Of a stretch of 64,000 nucleotides of DNA, positions 1 to 9,694 are shown in pieces. The notes beneath the pieces are model-generated. The model searched no databases and had not been told where the DNA came from. It worked only from the letters and a program-made list of their open reading frames with translations. Numbering within the stretch: the first letter of the stretch is position 1; every line of letters starts with the position of its first letter. The translations under genes and the position numbers were made by a program. Origin of the DNA: Alphaproteobacteria bacterium (lineage in GTDB: Bacteria; Pseudomonadota; Alphaproteobacteria; Bin95); assembly GCA_964291285.2 (NCBI GenBank), contig OZ219788.1, positions 704,001-768,000 of the forward strand, given 5' to 3'.

Positions 1-1097
1 GGAGGTGACCGCGCCGCCGGCGGTGCGACTGTTCGAGACCACGCCTTACGGGATCAGCGTCTGGACGTGCATGCTCTACGAACGGTTCGTCTGCTGCCGG
101 CCGCTGCATCGGGTCGCGGCCTGGCTGGCCGACATGGGGCTGACGATCTCGCCGGGCACCCTGCAGCATCAAGCGCTTCGTGCCGCTGTTCGAGCCGCTG
201 GCCGAGGCGATCCTTGCGCACCAGAACACCGCGGCCCTGCGCCATGCCGACGAAACATCCTGGCGCGTTCGGGCCTGGCGCGAGAAAGGCCGGTCGAGCC
301 GCGCCTGGCTGTGGACCTCGGTGAGCCCGGACGCGGTCTATTACCACATCGATCCCTCGCGCAGCGCCGAGGTCGCGATGAAGCTGTTCGGTTCGACACA
401 GGGCATCGTGGTTCTGGTCTGCGACCGGTTCAGCGCCTACAGAAAGCTGGCCCGCGAACTCGCCGGCAAGGTGATCCTGCAATGGTGCCGGGCGCACCAA
501 AGGCGCTCGTTCATCGACGGCGCGGCCGGGCGGGTGCGGCTCAGGCGCTGGTGCCAGAGATGGATCGAGCGGATCGCGGAGATCTACCGGCTCAACCAGG
601 CGCGGCTGGAGCATTACGACCCCGCTCACCCTCTCGAACGCCAGACGCCGGCGTTCGACGTCGCGCACGCCAGGCTGAAGAAGGCGGTCGACGAGCTGTT
701 CGCGGCCGCCGAAGCGGAACTGGCCGGGCTGACGGACAGGGCGCGCAGGGCCAGGCCGCTGCGCTCGCTCCTCAAGCACCGCGAGGGGCTGTGCGTCTTC
801 GTCGACAAGCCGTTCGTGCCCATGGACAACAACCGCGGCGAACTCTCCCTGCGCTTCGCGGTCATCGGGCGACGGCTCTCGTTCGGCTCCGACAGCGAGA
901 AAGGCGCCGGGTTCACGGCGACGATGTACTCGGTGGCCGGCACGCTGGCGATCAACGGCATCGACGTCCGGCGCTGGCTCGGTGAATGGCTGACCGCGTG
1001 CGCGGAGAACGGCGGCGAGCCGCCGGAAGACCTCTCGCCCTGGCTGCCGTGGTCGATGAGCGAGGCGCGCCGGCGCGAACTCGCGGCGGCGGGATGA
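1..1097 (+). pseudogene. tnpC: IS66 transposase TnpC, 5' end outside window, frameshifted near 163-180
   Basis: Frame of ORF 5 reads ...RPLHRVAAWLADMGLTISPGTL, then switches to the ORF 180-1097 frame with IS66 motifs HADET, CDRFSAY, QWCRAH, PMDNN, LPW. Confidence 0.85.
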
Positions 1098-1975
1098 CCG
1101 GCGCGGTCGAGTGTCGCTATTACGGGCGCGACTTCACCGAAGATGAAATGGCGCTGCTGCGTGCCCTGATCGCCGATCCCGCCCCGCTCTCCCGCCGCGC
1201 CCTGTCGATCGAGTTCTGCCGGCGCATCGGCTGGCTCAAGCCCGACGGCGGACTGAAGGACATGATGGCCCGTGTCGCCATGCTCGCCATGCACAAGGAC
1301 GGGCTCATCGAGCTGCCGCCGCCGAGGCGGCGGCAGCACCGGCCCAGGCCGGTCCAGTTCGGACCCGACACCGAACCGCCGCTGTTCCCGGCGCCCACGA
1401 CCCTCGACGAGGTCCGCCCGCTCGACTTCCGCACCGTCGTGCACAGCACCCGCGAAGGCAGGCTCTGGAACGAGTTCATCGCCCGCTACCACTATCTCGG
1501 ACACAAGACACTGGTCGGCGCCCAGATGCGCTATGCCGTCCACGACCGCAACGGCTGGCCCGTCGCCATGCTCGGCTTCTCCACCGCCGCATGGAAGCTC
1601 GCCCCGCGCGACCGCTTCATCGGATGGACGCCCGAACTGCGCGAAAAGAACCTTCCTCTCGTCGTCGACAACCCGCGCTTCCTGATCCTGCCCTGGATCG
1701 AGATCCCCAACCTCGGCTCGCACATCCTCGCCATCGTGCGCCGCCGCCTGCCCATCGACTGGACCGGGCGCTACAACATCACGCCGGTGCTCATCGAGAC
1801 CTTCGTCGAAACGCCCCGCTACACCGGTGCCGTATACCGCGCATCGGGCTGGACCCGCGTCGGGACCACCCAGGGCCGGGGACGCTACGACAGGCACAAC
1901 AAACGAGACCAGCCGAAAAAGGACATCTGGCTCCGCACACTGCGAAAAGACTGGCAACGCACCCTCAATCGGTAG
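1094..1975 (+). CDS. DUF4338 (DruA-like / Mom-like GNAT-fold) protein with N-terminal extension
   Basis: ATG at 1094 overlaps the tnpC stop (ATGA). Motifs WNEFIARYHYLG, RDRFIGW, NPRFLILPW, NLGSHIL, ETFVE, GAVYRASGWTRVGTTQGRG. Confidence 0.85.
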   Translation: MTGAVECRYYGRDFTEDEMALLRALIADPAPLSRRALSIEFCRRIGWLKPDGGLKDMMARVAMLAMHKDGLIELPPPRRRQHRPRPVQFGPDTEPPLFPAPTTLDEVRPLDFRTVVHSTREGRLWNEFIARYHYLGHKTLVGAQMRYAVHDRNGWPVAMLGFSTAAWKLAPRDRFIGWTPELREKNLPLVVDNPRFLILPWIEIPNLGSHILAIVRRRLPIDWTGRYNITPVLIETFVETPRYTGAVYRASGWTRVGTTQGRGRYDRHNKRDQPKKDIWLRTLRKDWQRTLNR

Positions 1976-2054
1976 AAGCACAACCGTCGCCCCGGTGTGA
2001 AAATGCCGACAAGCGGATAACCCAATCCTCATCCCCCGGAACCCGAACGGATAC

Positions 2055-2219
2055 CGTCGGGCGATAGACCGTTTGTCGGCATGCGCGAGCCGGCAACGCC
2101 TCTTTTCGGATCGATTCGGTCTCGGGCCGCTATCTGGAAACAGGCTTGGTTTGCCGGAGGCCAAGAAAAACCAGTAAAATCAGTGCTGTATAGAAGATTC
2201 AAAATATCCTGCAACATTG
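2055..2219. mobile_element. Probable IS4-type terminus remnant
   Basis: Non-coding segment ending CTGCAACATTG (revcomp CAATGTTGCAG, an IS4-like CAAT end) exactly where the next transposase is truncated. Confidence 0.35.
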
Positions 2220-3120
2220 AGGGCAAGCACGAGACGGGCGAGGTGAACGCGAAGACCGGCGCGGTGTGGAAGAAGGTGAAGTCGTGGTTCGGCTACGGGC
2301 TTCACCTGATCGCCGACACGGACCACGAGGTTCCTGTGGCCTTCGAGGTGACGCGGGCGTCGGCGTCCGAGCCCGGGGCGCTGTCCGGGATGGTGGAGGA
2401 GTTGTTCGCCAGGCGCCGGAGATGGCCGGGCGCTGCGCCACCTTCAGCGCCGACCGCGGTCTTGACAACGCCCGCCTGAAGGCGCGGCTGTGGGACAGGT
2501 GGCATATCCGCCCGCTGATCGACACGCGCCTGATGTGGCGGGTCGAGAAGAAGGAGCCGGGCCATGACCCGGCCGGGCCGATCACGCGACCGCTGTTCCC
2601 CGGGCGCGCCGACGTCATCGTTCATGACGAACGCGGCCGGGTGTCCTGCGTGTGCCCGCAGACCGGCGAGGTCCGCGCCATGGCCTTCCAGGGGTTCGAG
2701 GCCGGGCGCGGCGTCTGCGGCACGCTCGAATACCGCTGCCCCGCAGCCGCCTTCGGCTTCGAGTGCAAGGGACGCCGGGCCTGCCATCGGGCGGGTGGGG
2801 TGAAGTCCGGCGAATACGGCCGCATCCTGCGCGTCGATCCCGACAGCCATGACCGGCGCCTCTTCACGCCCACGCCCTGGGGCAGCCCGTCATGGCGGCG
2901 CGGATACAACCGGCGCACCGCCATGGAGCGGATCAACGCCCGCCTCGACCGCAGCTTCAACTTCGAGACCCATTACATCCGCGGACGCGCGAAGATGAAG
3001 ACCCGCATCGGGCTGGCCCTGGCGGTCATGATGGCCATGGCGCTTGCACAGGCCCGCGCCGGACGCGTCGCACGCATGCGCTCCCTGGTCGGCCCGGCGC
3101 CATACCTCGATACCGGCTGA
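2220..3120 (+). pseudogene. DDE transposase (IS4/IS5/IS1182-like), 5'-truncated and frameshifted near 2410
   Basis: WFGYGLHLIAD in ORF 2081, then ADRGLD and YNRRTAMERINARL in ORF 2266. Confidence 0.8.
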
Positions 3121-3123
3121 CCC

Positions 3124-3574
3124 CTCAGCCGACTGCCGACAACGCTGATCCAACCCGCCGGACCCCGGCATACGGACACCCGCGACCGAAGGCCGGCGAT
3201 GCTGCCGGGCTGGGCCGCTCAAGTTCGAAAAGCAACCGCGGCGACTGCCTCGAACGCCGGAACAAACCGTGCCTATCCGCTTGTTTCATACACCCACTAG
3301 ATGTGGGGTAACGGGATGCTGCCAATTTCCGGAGTACCATCCGGCGAAGGTCGGGCCTTCCGTCGTCGCTGCGATCCGAAACCCAGGCAGCGACTGGGGA
3401 AACTCCAAGTCGGGACTATCGAAAATGTCCATGAAGCACCGCCCTCCCGGCTCACCGGGAGCCTACTATATCTAGTGGGTGTATGAAACAAGCGGATAGG
3501 CACGGAACAAACAACATCACCACCCGGACCCAACGTCCCATCCGACCGGAAAAACCCCACAGCGCAAATTTCTC
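3124..3574 (+). repeat. Right non-coding end of the IS above (MITE-interrupted); inverted copy at 7970-8173
   Basis: Near-identical to the reverse complement of 7970-8173 once 3268-3504 and one TSD copy are removed; ends ...GCGCAAATTTCTC. Confidence 0.85.
3268..3504. mobile_element. MITE, probably IS1595 family (ISSod11-like ends)
   Basis: 35-bp perfect TIR CGTGCCTATCCGCTTGTTTCATACACCCACTAGAT; 8-bp direct repeat GAACAAAC on both sides; empty site visible in the 7970-8173 copy. Confidence 0.85.
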
Positions 3575-3815
3575 TAGCCGAAACGGCCTTATCGGGATAA
3601 GCTTGCGGATTGCCCCAACGGGGCCTGCCCGGGAGGAAGGGAGCGTGGCGACACGGATCGAGGGAGGCGGCGCCCGCTGCCAACCCGATTTTGCCGGAAT
3701 CGACCGGACAAGGTCGATGGCCGGCACACACGAGGAGGACGGCCGGTCCTCCCGCCGCCATCGGACACCCTGCCTCCAGGAATCCTCATCATCCAGCAGC
3801 ATCGGGAGGAGTCGG

Positions 3816-4823
3816 ATGAAATCGACACGTTCACCGCATCGTCGCCACGCGCTCACGGGCGCCGTTCTGGGAGCCGGGATGCTGCTTGCCGCCGGGCCGC
3901 TCTGCGCGGCCGACGAGGTCCATCTCCAGACCGACTGGATCCCCTCAGGCGAGCACGCCATGTATTTCGGCGGCTGGACCAAGGGCTTCTGGAAGGACCA
4001 GGGCATAGACATCACCATCACGCGCGGATACGGCTCGGGCGACACCGTCACCAAGATCGCGGGCGGCGCCGCCGACTTCGGCATCGCCGACCTCGGGGCG
4101 CTCATCACCGCCCGCGCGCGGACCGGCGTCCCGGTCAAGCAGATCATGCAGACCTACACGCACTCGCCCCATTCGCTCTTCGTGCTGAAAAGCTCCGGCA
4201 TCACGACCTTCCAGGGCCTCGAGGGCAAGAAGATCGGCATCACCCCCGGCAACAGCCACCGCGTCTATTTCCCCAAGGTGGCGGAGCGGGCGGGCACCGA
4301 TCCCTCCAAGATCGTCTGGTCGAACTCCGACGCCTCGGCCATGGCCGCGCTGCTGATCTCCAAGAACATCGACGCCGCGCCGTTCTTCGCCATGCACCAC
4401 TACTACCAGAACAAGGCCGCGAAGCAGGCCGGCGAGGAGATCGTGGTGCTGCCCTTCGTCGAGGCGGGCTTCGCGATCTACGCCACGGGGCTCATCGCCC
4501 GCGACGACTACATCGCGGAGAACCCGGACCTGGTGCGCCGCTTCCTGGTCGCCAACAAGAACGCGATGGAGTGGGCCCGCGACAACAGGGAGGAGGCGTG
4601 CGAACTGCATGTCCAGCGCGTGCCGGAAGTGGCGATGGACGATTGCATGGGCAGCCTGAACGCCACGCTCACCTTCGTTTTCAACGACCATTCCGCGGCC
4701 ACCGGTCTCGGCCGGCATGACCCGGAACGGCTGGCCTTCACCTATGAGGTGATAGCGGACGCGCAGGACCTCGATCCCGGCTGGGACCACAGCCAGGCCG
4801 TGGACCACAGCCACGTGCCGTAG
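3816..4823 (+). CDS. ABC transporter substrate-binding protein, NMT1/THI5 (NitT/TauT) family
   Basis: RBS GGGAGGA, signal peptide, LQTDW..H, GYGSGDT, ADFGIAD. Confidence 0.85.
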   Translation: MKSTRSPHRRHALTGAVLGAGMLLAAGPLCAADEVHLQTDWIPSGEHAMYFGGWTKGFWKDQGIDITITRGYGSGDTVTKIAGGAADFGIADLGALITARARTGVPVKQIMQTYTHSPHSLFVLKSSGITTFQGLEGKKIGITPGNSHRVYFPKVAERAGTDPSKIVWSNSDASAMAALLISKNIDAAPFFAMHHYYQNKAAKQAGEEIVVLPFVEAGFAIYATGLIARDDYIAENPDLVRRFLVANKNAMEWARDNREEACELHVQRVPEVAMDDCMGSLNATLTFVFNDHSAATGLGRHDPERLAFTYEVIADAQDLDPGWDHSQAVDHSHVP

Positions 4824-4862
4824 TCGCGGCTTGCGGCGTCATGCCGTCAGGGACGCTCCGCC

Positions 4863-5648
4863 GTGATCCGGGTTGAGGGGCTTTCGAAGGTCTTTCACTC
4901 CCGGGACGGCGGGAGCGTCGTTGCGCTCCACGACGTGTCGATGGAGGTGGCGCGCAACGAGTTCGTCTCGCTCGTGGGGCCTTCCGGTTGCGGGAAATCC
5001 ACGATGCTGCGCCTCGTGGCGGGCCTTGTCGGCGCCACGAAGGGGGTGCTCGAGATCGACGGCACGGCGGTCGCCGAGCCGCGCCGGGACGTCGGCATCG
5101 TCTTCCAGAGCCCCACCCTGCTGCCTTGGGCCGACATCACCGACAATGTCCTCTTCCCGCTCCGGCTCATGCGCGAGAGGGCGTCCGACGCGCGGGCGCG
5201 GGCGCATGCGCTCCTCGAACTGGTGGGCCTCAAGGGCTTCGAGAGCCGCTACCCGCGCGAGCTTTCGGGCGGCATGCAGCAGCGCGCCGCCATCTGCCGG
5301 GCGCTGATCCACGACCCCGGCATCCTGCTCATGGACGAGCCCTTCGGGGCGCTCGACGCGCTGACGCGCGAGGTGATGAGCATGGAGCTGCTCCGGATCT
5401 GGACCGAGAACCCCAAGACTATCGTGTTCGTGACGCATTCGATCACGGAGGCGGTCCTGCTCTCCGACCGGGTGATCGTGATGTCGCCGCGGCCGGGACG
5501 CATTGCGGAGGTCGTCGAAGTGCCGATCGAACGGCCCCGCTCGCTCGATATGGAGGGAAGCCGTGAATTCCAGGAATGCACCAGACGAATTCGACGCCGT
5601 ATCTTTGGGGCTGACGAAGCCGACCTCTCCGGCCCGTCGGCGGCTTAG
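4863..5648 (+). CDS. ABC transporter ATP-binding protein, NitT/TauT family
   Basis: Walker A GPSGCGKS, LSGGMQQR, LLMDEPFGALD, FVTH. Confidence 0.95.
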   Translation: MIRVEGLSKVFHSRDGGSVVALHDVSMEVARNEFVSLVGPSGCGKSTMLRLVAGLVGATKGVLEIDGTAVAEPRRDVGIVFQSPTLLPWADITDNVLFPLRLMRERASDARARAHALLELVGLKGFESRYPRELSGGMQQRAAICRALIHDPGILLMDEPFGALDALTREVMSMELLRIWTENPKTIVFVTHSITEAVLLSDRVIVMSPRPGRIAEVVEVPIERPRSLDMEGSREFQECTRRIRRRIFGADEADLSGPSAA

Positions 5649-6426
5649 GCGCATCTGGAATACAAGCAGCGAGATCGTCCTTCCCGCGGCGGTCCTCATC
5701 ATCCTCGTCGCGGTCTGGGAAGCCTCGGTGCACGCATTTTCGCTGCCGGTCTATCTGCTGCCGGCCCCGAGCCTCATCTGGACCGAGAGCATCGCGGTCG
5801 CGGACACGCTGGGCGGGCATACCCTCGCCACACTGCGCACCGTGATGTACGGCTTCATCGCTTCCATCGTGGTCAGCCTGCCGCTTGCAGTCCTGCTCAC
5901 CTCCTCGCGCTATGCGTCGGCCACCATCTACCCGCTGCTGGTCTTCACGCAGTCGATCCCGAAGGTGGCGCTCGCCCCCATCCTCGTGGTGATGCTCGGG
6001 GCAACGGAGCTGCCGCGCGTCATCGTTACCTTCCTGGTGGCGTTCTTCCCGCTCGTCATAGCAGTCGCGGTCGGGCTTCTGTCCGTGCCGGCCGATCTTG
6101 TCGAGCTCGGGCGCTCGTTCAAGGCGAACAAGATGCAGGAGCTGCTGCGGATCCGCCTTCCCTACGCCATCCCCTTCGTCTTCAGCGGGCTCAAGGTCGC
6201 CATCGCGCTCTCAGTCGTGGGCGCCGTGGTGGGCGAGTTCGTCAACGCCGACAAGGGACTCGGCTACCTCATCGTGTCGGCCACGGCATTCTTCCGAACG
6301 CCGGTCGCCTTTGGCGCCCTCATCCTGCTCTCGGTCCTTGGCGTGGCGCTGTTCCAGCTCGTGGTGATTGTCGAGCGGATATTCTTTCCCTGGTCGGCCG
6401 AAAGCGAGGAAACGGTCATCGTCTGA
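5563..6426 (+). CDS. ABC transporter permease, NitT/TauT family (start uncertain)
   Basis: LLPAPS, PKVALAP, RLPYAIP, GAVVGEF, GLGYLI; GTG at 5563 follows GGAGGG. Confidence 0.9.
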   Translation: MNSRNAPDEFDAVSLGLTKPTSPARRRLRRIWNTSSEIVLPAAVLIILVAVWEASVHAFSLPVYLLPAPSLIWTESIAVADTLGGHTLATLRTVMYGFIASIVVSLPLAVLLTSSRYASATIYPLLVFTQSIPKVALAPILVVMLGATELPRVIVTFLVAFFPLVIAVAVGLLSVPADLVELGRSFKANKMQELLRIRLPYAIPFVFSGLKVAIALSVVGAVVGEFVNADKGLGYLIVSATAFFRTPVAFGALILLSVLGVALFQLVVIVERIFFPWSAESEETVIV

Positions 6427-6461
6427 GCGGCGCGGCCCCCGCAGCGAGGAGAACGGAACCC

Positions 6462-7955
6462 ATGCACACGATCATTCGCGGCGGGCGGCTGCTCGACATC
6501 GAACGCCACGCGGCCGAGCCGGCCGACATCTTCGTCGAGGGCGATACGGTCCACACGGTCGGTCCGCCCGGCCTGCCCGCTCCCGAGGGTGCTGTGCTCC
6601 GCGACGCGACCGGCCGGCTGCTCATGCCGGGCCTCGTGAACTCCCACACGCACGGCCACAACAACCTCGCCAAGAGCTTCGGCGACCGCTGGAACCTCGA
6701 ATTGCTGCTGAATGCAGCACCCTGGATCACGGGCAGCCGGACGCTCGAGGACAAATACCTCTCGACCCTCATCGGCGCGGTGGAGATGGTGCGCAAAGGC
6801 TGCACCGCCGCCTACGACCTCAATTTCGAGTTTCCCGCGCCCACGCCGGACGGGCTTGGGGCCATCGGCCGCGCCTATGCCCATGCCGGAATGCGCGCCG
6901 TGGTCGCCCCGATGATGGCGGATCGCACCTTCTACCAGGCCGTGCCCGGCCTGCTTGACGCGCTCCCGGACGCGGCGAGGCGCGACGCGGAGGCGGTGGC
7001 GGTCGAGCCGTTCGAGACGAGCCTGGCGGCGTGGAACCGCGCGCTGCGTTCCTGGCCCTTCTCCCGCGACCGGATCCGGCTCGCGCTCGCGCCAACGATC
7101 CCCCACCATTGCAGCGAAGCCTTCCTGAAGGCGGCGAAGGAAGCGGCGGCGGAGCACGGCGTCGGCTTCCACACCCATCTCGGCGAGTCGAAGGTGCAGG
7201 CCCATGCAGGCGTGCGCCTCTATGGCATGACCCAGACGGCGTATCTCGACCGCATCGGCGTGCTCGGCCCGGACTTCACCGCGGCGCATGCCGTATGGCT
7301 GGACGGCGACGACATGCGCCGGATCGCCGATGCCGGCGGCGCCGTCGCCCACAATCCCGGCTCCAATGCGCGCCTCGGCAGCGGCCTCGCGGCGGCGCGG
7401 GCGCTGCTGGATGCGGGCGTGCGGGTCGGGATCGGCACCGACGCCTGCACCTGCTCGGACAATCTCAACATGTTCGAGGCGATGCGGGTCGCCTCGATGG
7501 TCTCGCGCGTGCAGGAGCTGGACCCCGGGCGGTGGCTGTCCACGGACGAGGTGCTGACGCTCGCGACGAAAGGCAGCGCCGGCGTGCTCGGCTTCGGCGA
7601 CGAGATCGGCACCATAGAGCCCGGATGCAAGGCGGACATCGTCTTCCTCGACCTCGGCCAGATCAACTATGTCCCGCTCAACGACCCGGTGAACCAGATC
7701 GTGCATGGAGAGGACGGCACGGGCGTCGAGGCGGTCATGATCGGCGGACGCATGGTGCTCGAGGGCCGGCGCATGGTCACGGTGGACGAGGCGAAGCTCG
7801 CCCGCGATGCGGAGGCGGCGGCCGAGCGCCTCGCCGCGGCCAATGCCGGCGCCCGCGCCGCGGCCGAGCGCCTTGAAGGCCCCGTCACGCGTTTCGCCCT
7901 CGCGCTCGCCCGCGAGGACTACCACATCGAGCGCCACGCCCGCTGCACGCACTGA
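6462..7955 (+). CDS. Amidohydrolase (MTA/SAH deaminase / AtzB-like subgroup)
   Basis: PGLVNSHTH, HTHLGES, AHAVW, AHNPGSN, GIGTD, ADIVFLD metal-binding motifs. Confidence 0.9.
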   Translation: MHTIIRGGRLLDIERHAAEPADIFVEGDTVHTVGPPGLPAPEGAVLRDATGRLLMPGLVNSHTHGHNNLAKSFGDRWNLELLLNAAPWITGSRTLEDKYLSTLIGAVEMVRKGCTAAYDLNFEFPAPTPDGLGAIGRAYAHAGMRAVVAPMMADRTFYQAVPGLLDALPDAARRDAEAVAVEPFETSLAAWNRALRSWPFSRDRIRLALAPTIPHHCSEAFLKAAKEAAAEHGVGFHTHLGESKVQAHAGVRLYGMTQTAYLDRIGVLGPDFTAAHAVWLDGDDMRRIADAGGAVAHNPGSNARLGSGLAAARALLDAGVRVGIGTDACTCSDNLNMFEAMRVASMVSRVQELDPGRWLSTDEVLTLATKGSAGVLGFGDEIGTIEPGCKADIVFLDLGQINYVPLNDPVNQIVHGEDGTGVEAVMIGGRMVLEGRRMVTVDEAKLARDAEAAAERLAAANAGARAAAERLEGPVTRFALALAREDYHIERHARCTH

Positions 7956-7969
7956 CCGCAACCCCTGTC

Positions 7970-8173
7970 GAGAAATTTGCGCTGTGGGGTTTTTCCGGTC
8001 GGATGGGACGTTGGGTCCGGGTGGTGATGTTGTTTGTTCCGGCGTTCGAGGCGGTCGCCGCGGTTGATTTTCGAACTTGAGCGGCCCAGCCCGGCAGCAT
8101 CGCCGGCCTTCGGTCGCGTTTGTCCGTATGCCGGGGTCCGGCGGGTTGGGTCAGCGTTGTCGGCAGTCGGCTG
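7970..8173 (-). repeat. Isolated inverted copy of the IS right end at 3124-3574, without the MITE
   Basis: About 200 bp near-identity by direct comparison. Confidence 0.85.
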
Positions 8174-8255
8174 CGGTAGAATGCGATGCTGGTTGCGTTC
8201 TCCGAGAAGAGCACACGCGGCCCTGGTTTTTCGGGCAGCGGCAGCTGGTTGCTCA

Positions 8256-9480
8256 TACTAAGCGCGGTTCGAATTGACTCATTGTTCCAAAATGTTGTGT
8301 TGAGGTGAGGTGCCGGACAAGGTGGATAGAGTGATGTCAGGCAGTCTTGGGGCTGGAGGATGATGATGGGTGCGGCGACGCCGATAACCTGGACGGAGCA
8401 TGGATCGGACGATCTCCATGATCTGGCGAAGCGCTGCGGTGAGGCGAAGCAAGCCTGTCGGGCGCGTGCGATCGCGATGATCATGGATGGGGCGTCGCGC
8501 ACGGAGGCGGCGCGGGCGCAGGGCATGGAGCTTCAAGTTCTGCGCGACTGGGTGTTGCGCTACAATGCGGAGGGGTTCGAGGGGCTTGCGGATCGTCCTC
8601 GCGGGGGCAGCGATGGTCGGTTGACGGAGGCTCAGATTGCCGAGATCGGGTTGTGGATCGAGGCGGGTCCCGATCTTGAGCGGGACGGTGTCACGCGCTG
8701 GCGGGTTCAGGACATCATACGGAAAATCGAGGAGGCCTTCGGGGTCATTTATACGGAGAGCGGCGCCCGTATGATGCTCCGAAGGGCCGGGTTTCGTTTT
8801 GTCTCGGGACGGCCGATCCACCCCAGGGCCGACGCGGAGCGGCAGGGGGCGTTCGTGGCGGACTTCGAGGCAAGGGTGACGTCGATGCTCAGTTCCGAGG
8901 CGCTGGCGGGCCCGATCGAAATCTGGTTCCAGGACGAGGCGCGCATCGGCCAGAAAGGGATGACGACGCGCGTCTGGGCGCGCGGGAGGCAACGTCCGCG
9001 CATCGTGCGCGACCATCGCTATGGCTATGTCTATCTGTTCGGCGCCACCTGCGCACAGCGCGGCGTCGGCATCGCCCATGTGGCGGACAGGGCGAACACG
9101 GCGGCGATGAACGAGCATCTGGCGGCGATCGGCGCGGCCGTGGCGCCGGGTGCGCACGGCGTGGTCATACTGGACGGGGCAGGCTGGCATCGCTCGGGCG
9201 ACCTTCTCGTCCCCCCCAATCTGACGCTCCTGCATCTGCCGCCATACAGTCCGGAACTCAATCCCATGGAGCAGATCATACTGGTCCTGAAATCGAACCG
9301 CTTCGCCAACCGTGTGTTCAAGGATGTCGCCGCCCTGAGAGAAGCCTGCCGGACGGCATCGCAATGGCTCATCGAGCAACCCGACATCATCACCAAAACA
9401 ACCCGGCGAAGCTGGGCCGTCGCACCATCGTGACGATCCCCACGACCCAATGCATCGGTCTATATGACTTGCGGTTGGTA
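8256..9480 (+). mobile_element. IS630-family element
   Basis: Imperfect IRs CTCATACTAAGCGC / revcomp CTCATACCAACCGC with TA at both borders. Confidence 0.8.
8360..9433 (+). CDS. IS630 transposase
   Basis: HTH N-terminus; WFQDEARIG, ILDGAGWH, LPPYSPELNPME. Confidence 0.95.
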   Translation: MMMGAATPITWTEHGSDDLHDLAKRCGEAKQACRARAIAMIMDGASRTEAARAQGMELQVLRDWVLRYNAEGFEGLADRPRGGSDGRLTEAQIAEIGLWIEAGPDLERDGVTRWRVQDIIRKIEEAFGVIYTESGARMMLRRAGFRFVSGRPIHPRADAERQGAFVADFEARVTSMLSSEALAGPIEIWFQDEARIGQKGMTTRVWARGRQRPRIVRDHRYGYVYLFGATCAQRGVGIAHVADRANTAAMNEHLAAIGAAVAPGAHGVVILDGAGWHRSGDLLVPPNLTLLHLPPYSPELNPMEQIILVLKSNRFANRVFKDVAALREACRTASQWLIEQPDIITKTTRRSWAVAPS

Positions 9481-9485
9481 TGAGT

Positions 9486-9694
9486 TGCCGTGAAAATTGT
9501 TGGGGATCGGGCGCACAAAAACCCCTCCCCGCCAAAGCACTGCTTCCGAGGCGTCCGATACTCGCCATCTGCGGCGCCCGTCTTGCGGATCGTGATCGGT
9601 AGGCAACCCCGTACAAGCCCGAAGTCCCGCCCGCGCGGCCGGCACCTGTTTTCATGATACGGGGTGGCCGACCCGCCCGGCAATGAAGGTTTTG
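9486..9694 (-). repeat. 207-bp non-coding cassette, copy 1
   Basis: Reverse complement closely matches the 206-bp units at 63288-63701, with a few substitutions and one extra base. Confidence 0.9.

Larger units (their letters stand above)
1..2054 (+). mobile_element. IS66-family element (left part outside window) carrying a DUF4338 passenger gene
   Basis: TnpC-like ORF, then a coupled DUF4338 ORF, then CCCGAACGGATAC (revcomp GTATCCGTTCGGG, an IS66-type GTA.. terminus) ending at 2054. Confidence 0.7.

Noticed and set aside
1094-1975. Complete Druantia defence system
   Set aside because: Only the DruA-like domain is present; no DruE helicase or other dru genes, and both copies are IS-embedded
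3464-3478. NrdR-box-like ACTATATCTAGT
   Set aside because: Overlaps the MITE terminal repeat; no ribonucleotide reductase gene nearby
8174-8255. Short segment beginning CGGTAGAATGC, possibly another IS end
   Set aside because: No partner end or TSD in the window; too little evidence to annotate
9500-9520. GTGCGCCCG resembling a group II intron 5' end
   Set aside because: Reads TTGCGCCCG in copies 2 and 3; no domain V/VI or reverse transcriptase nearby
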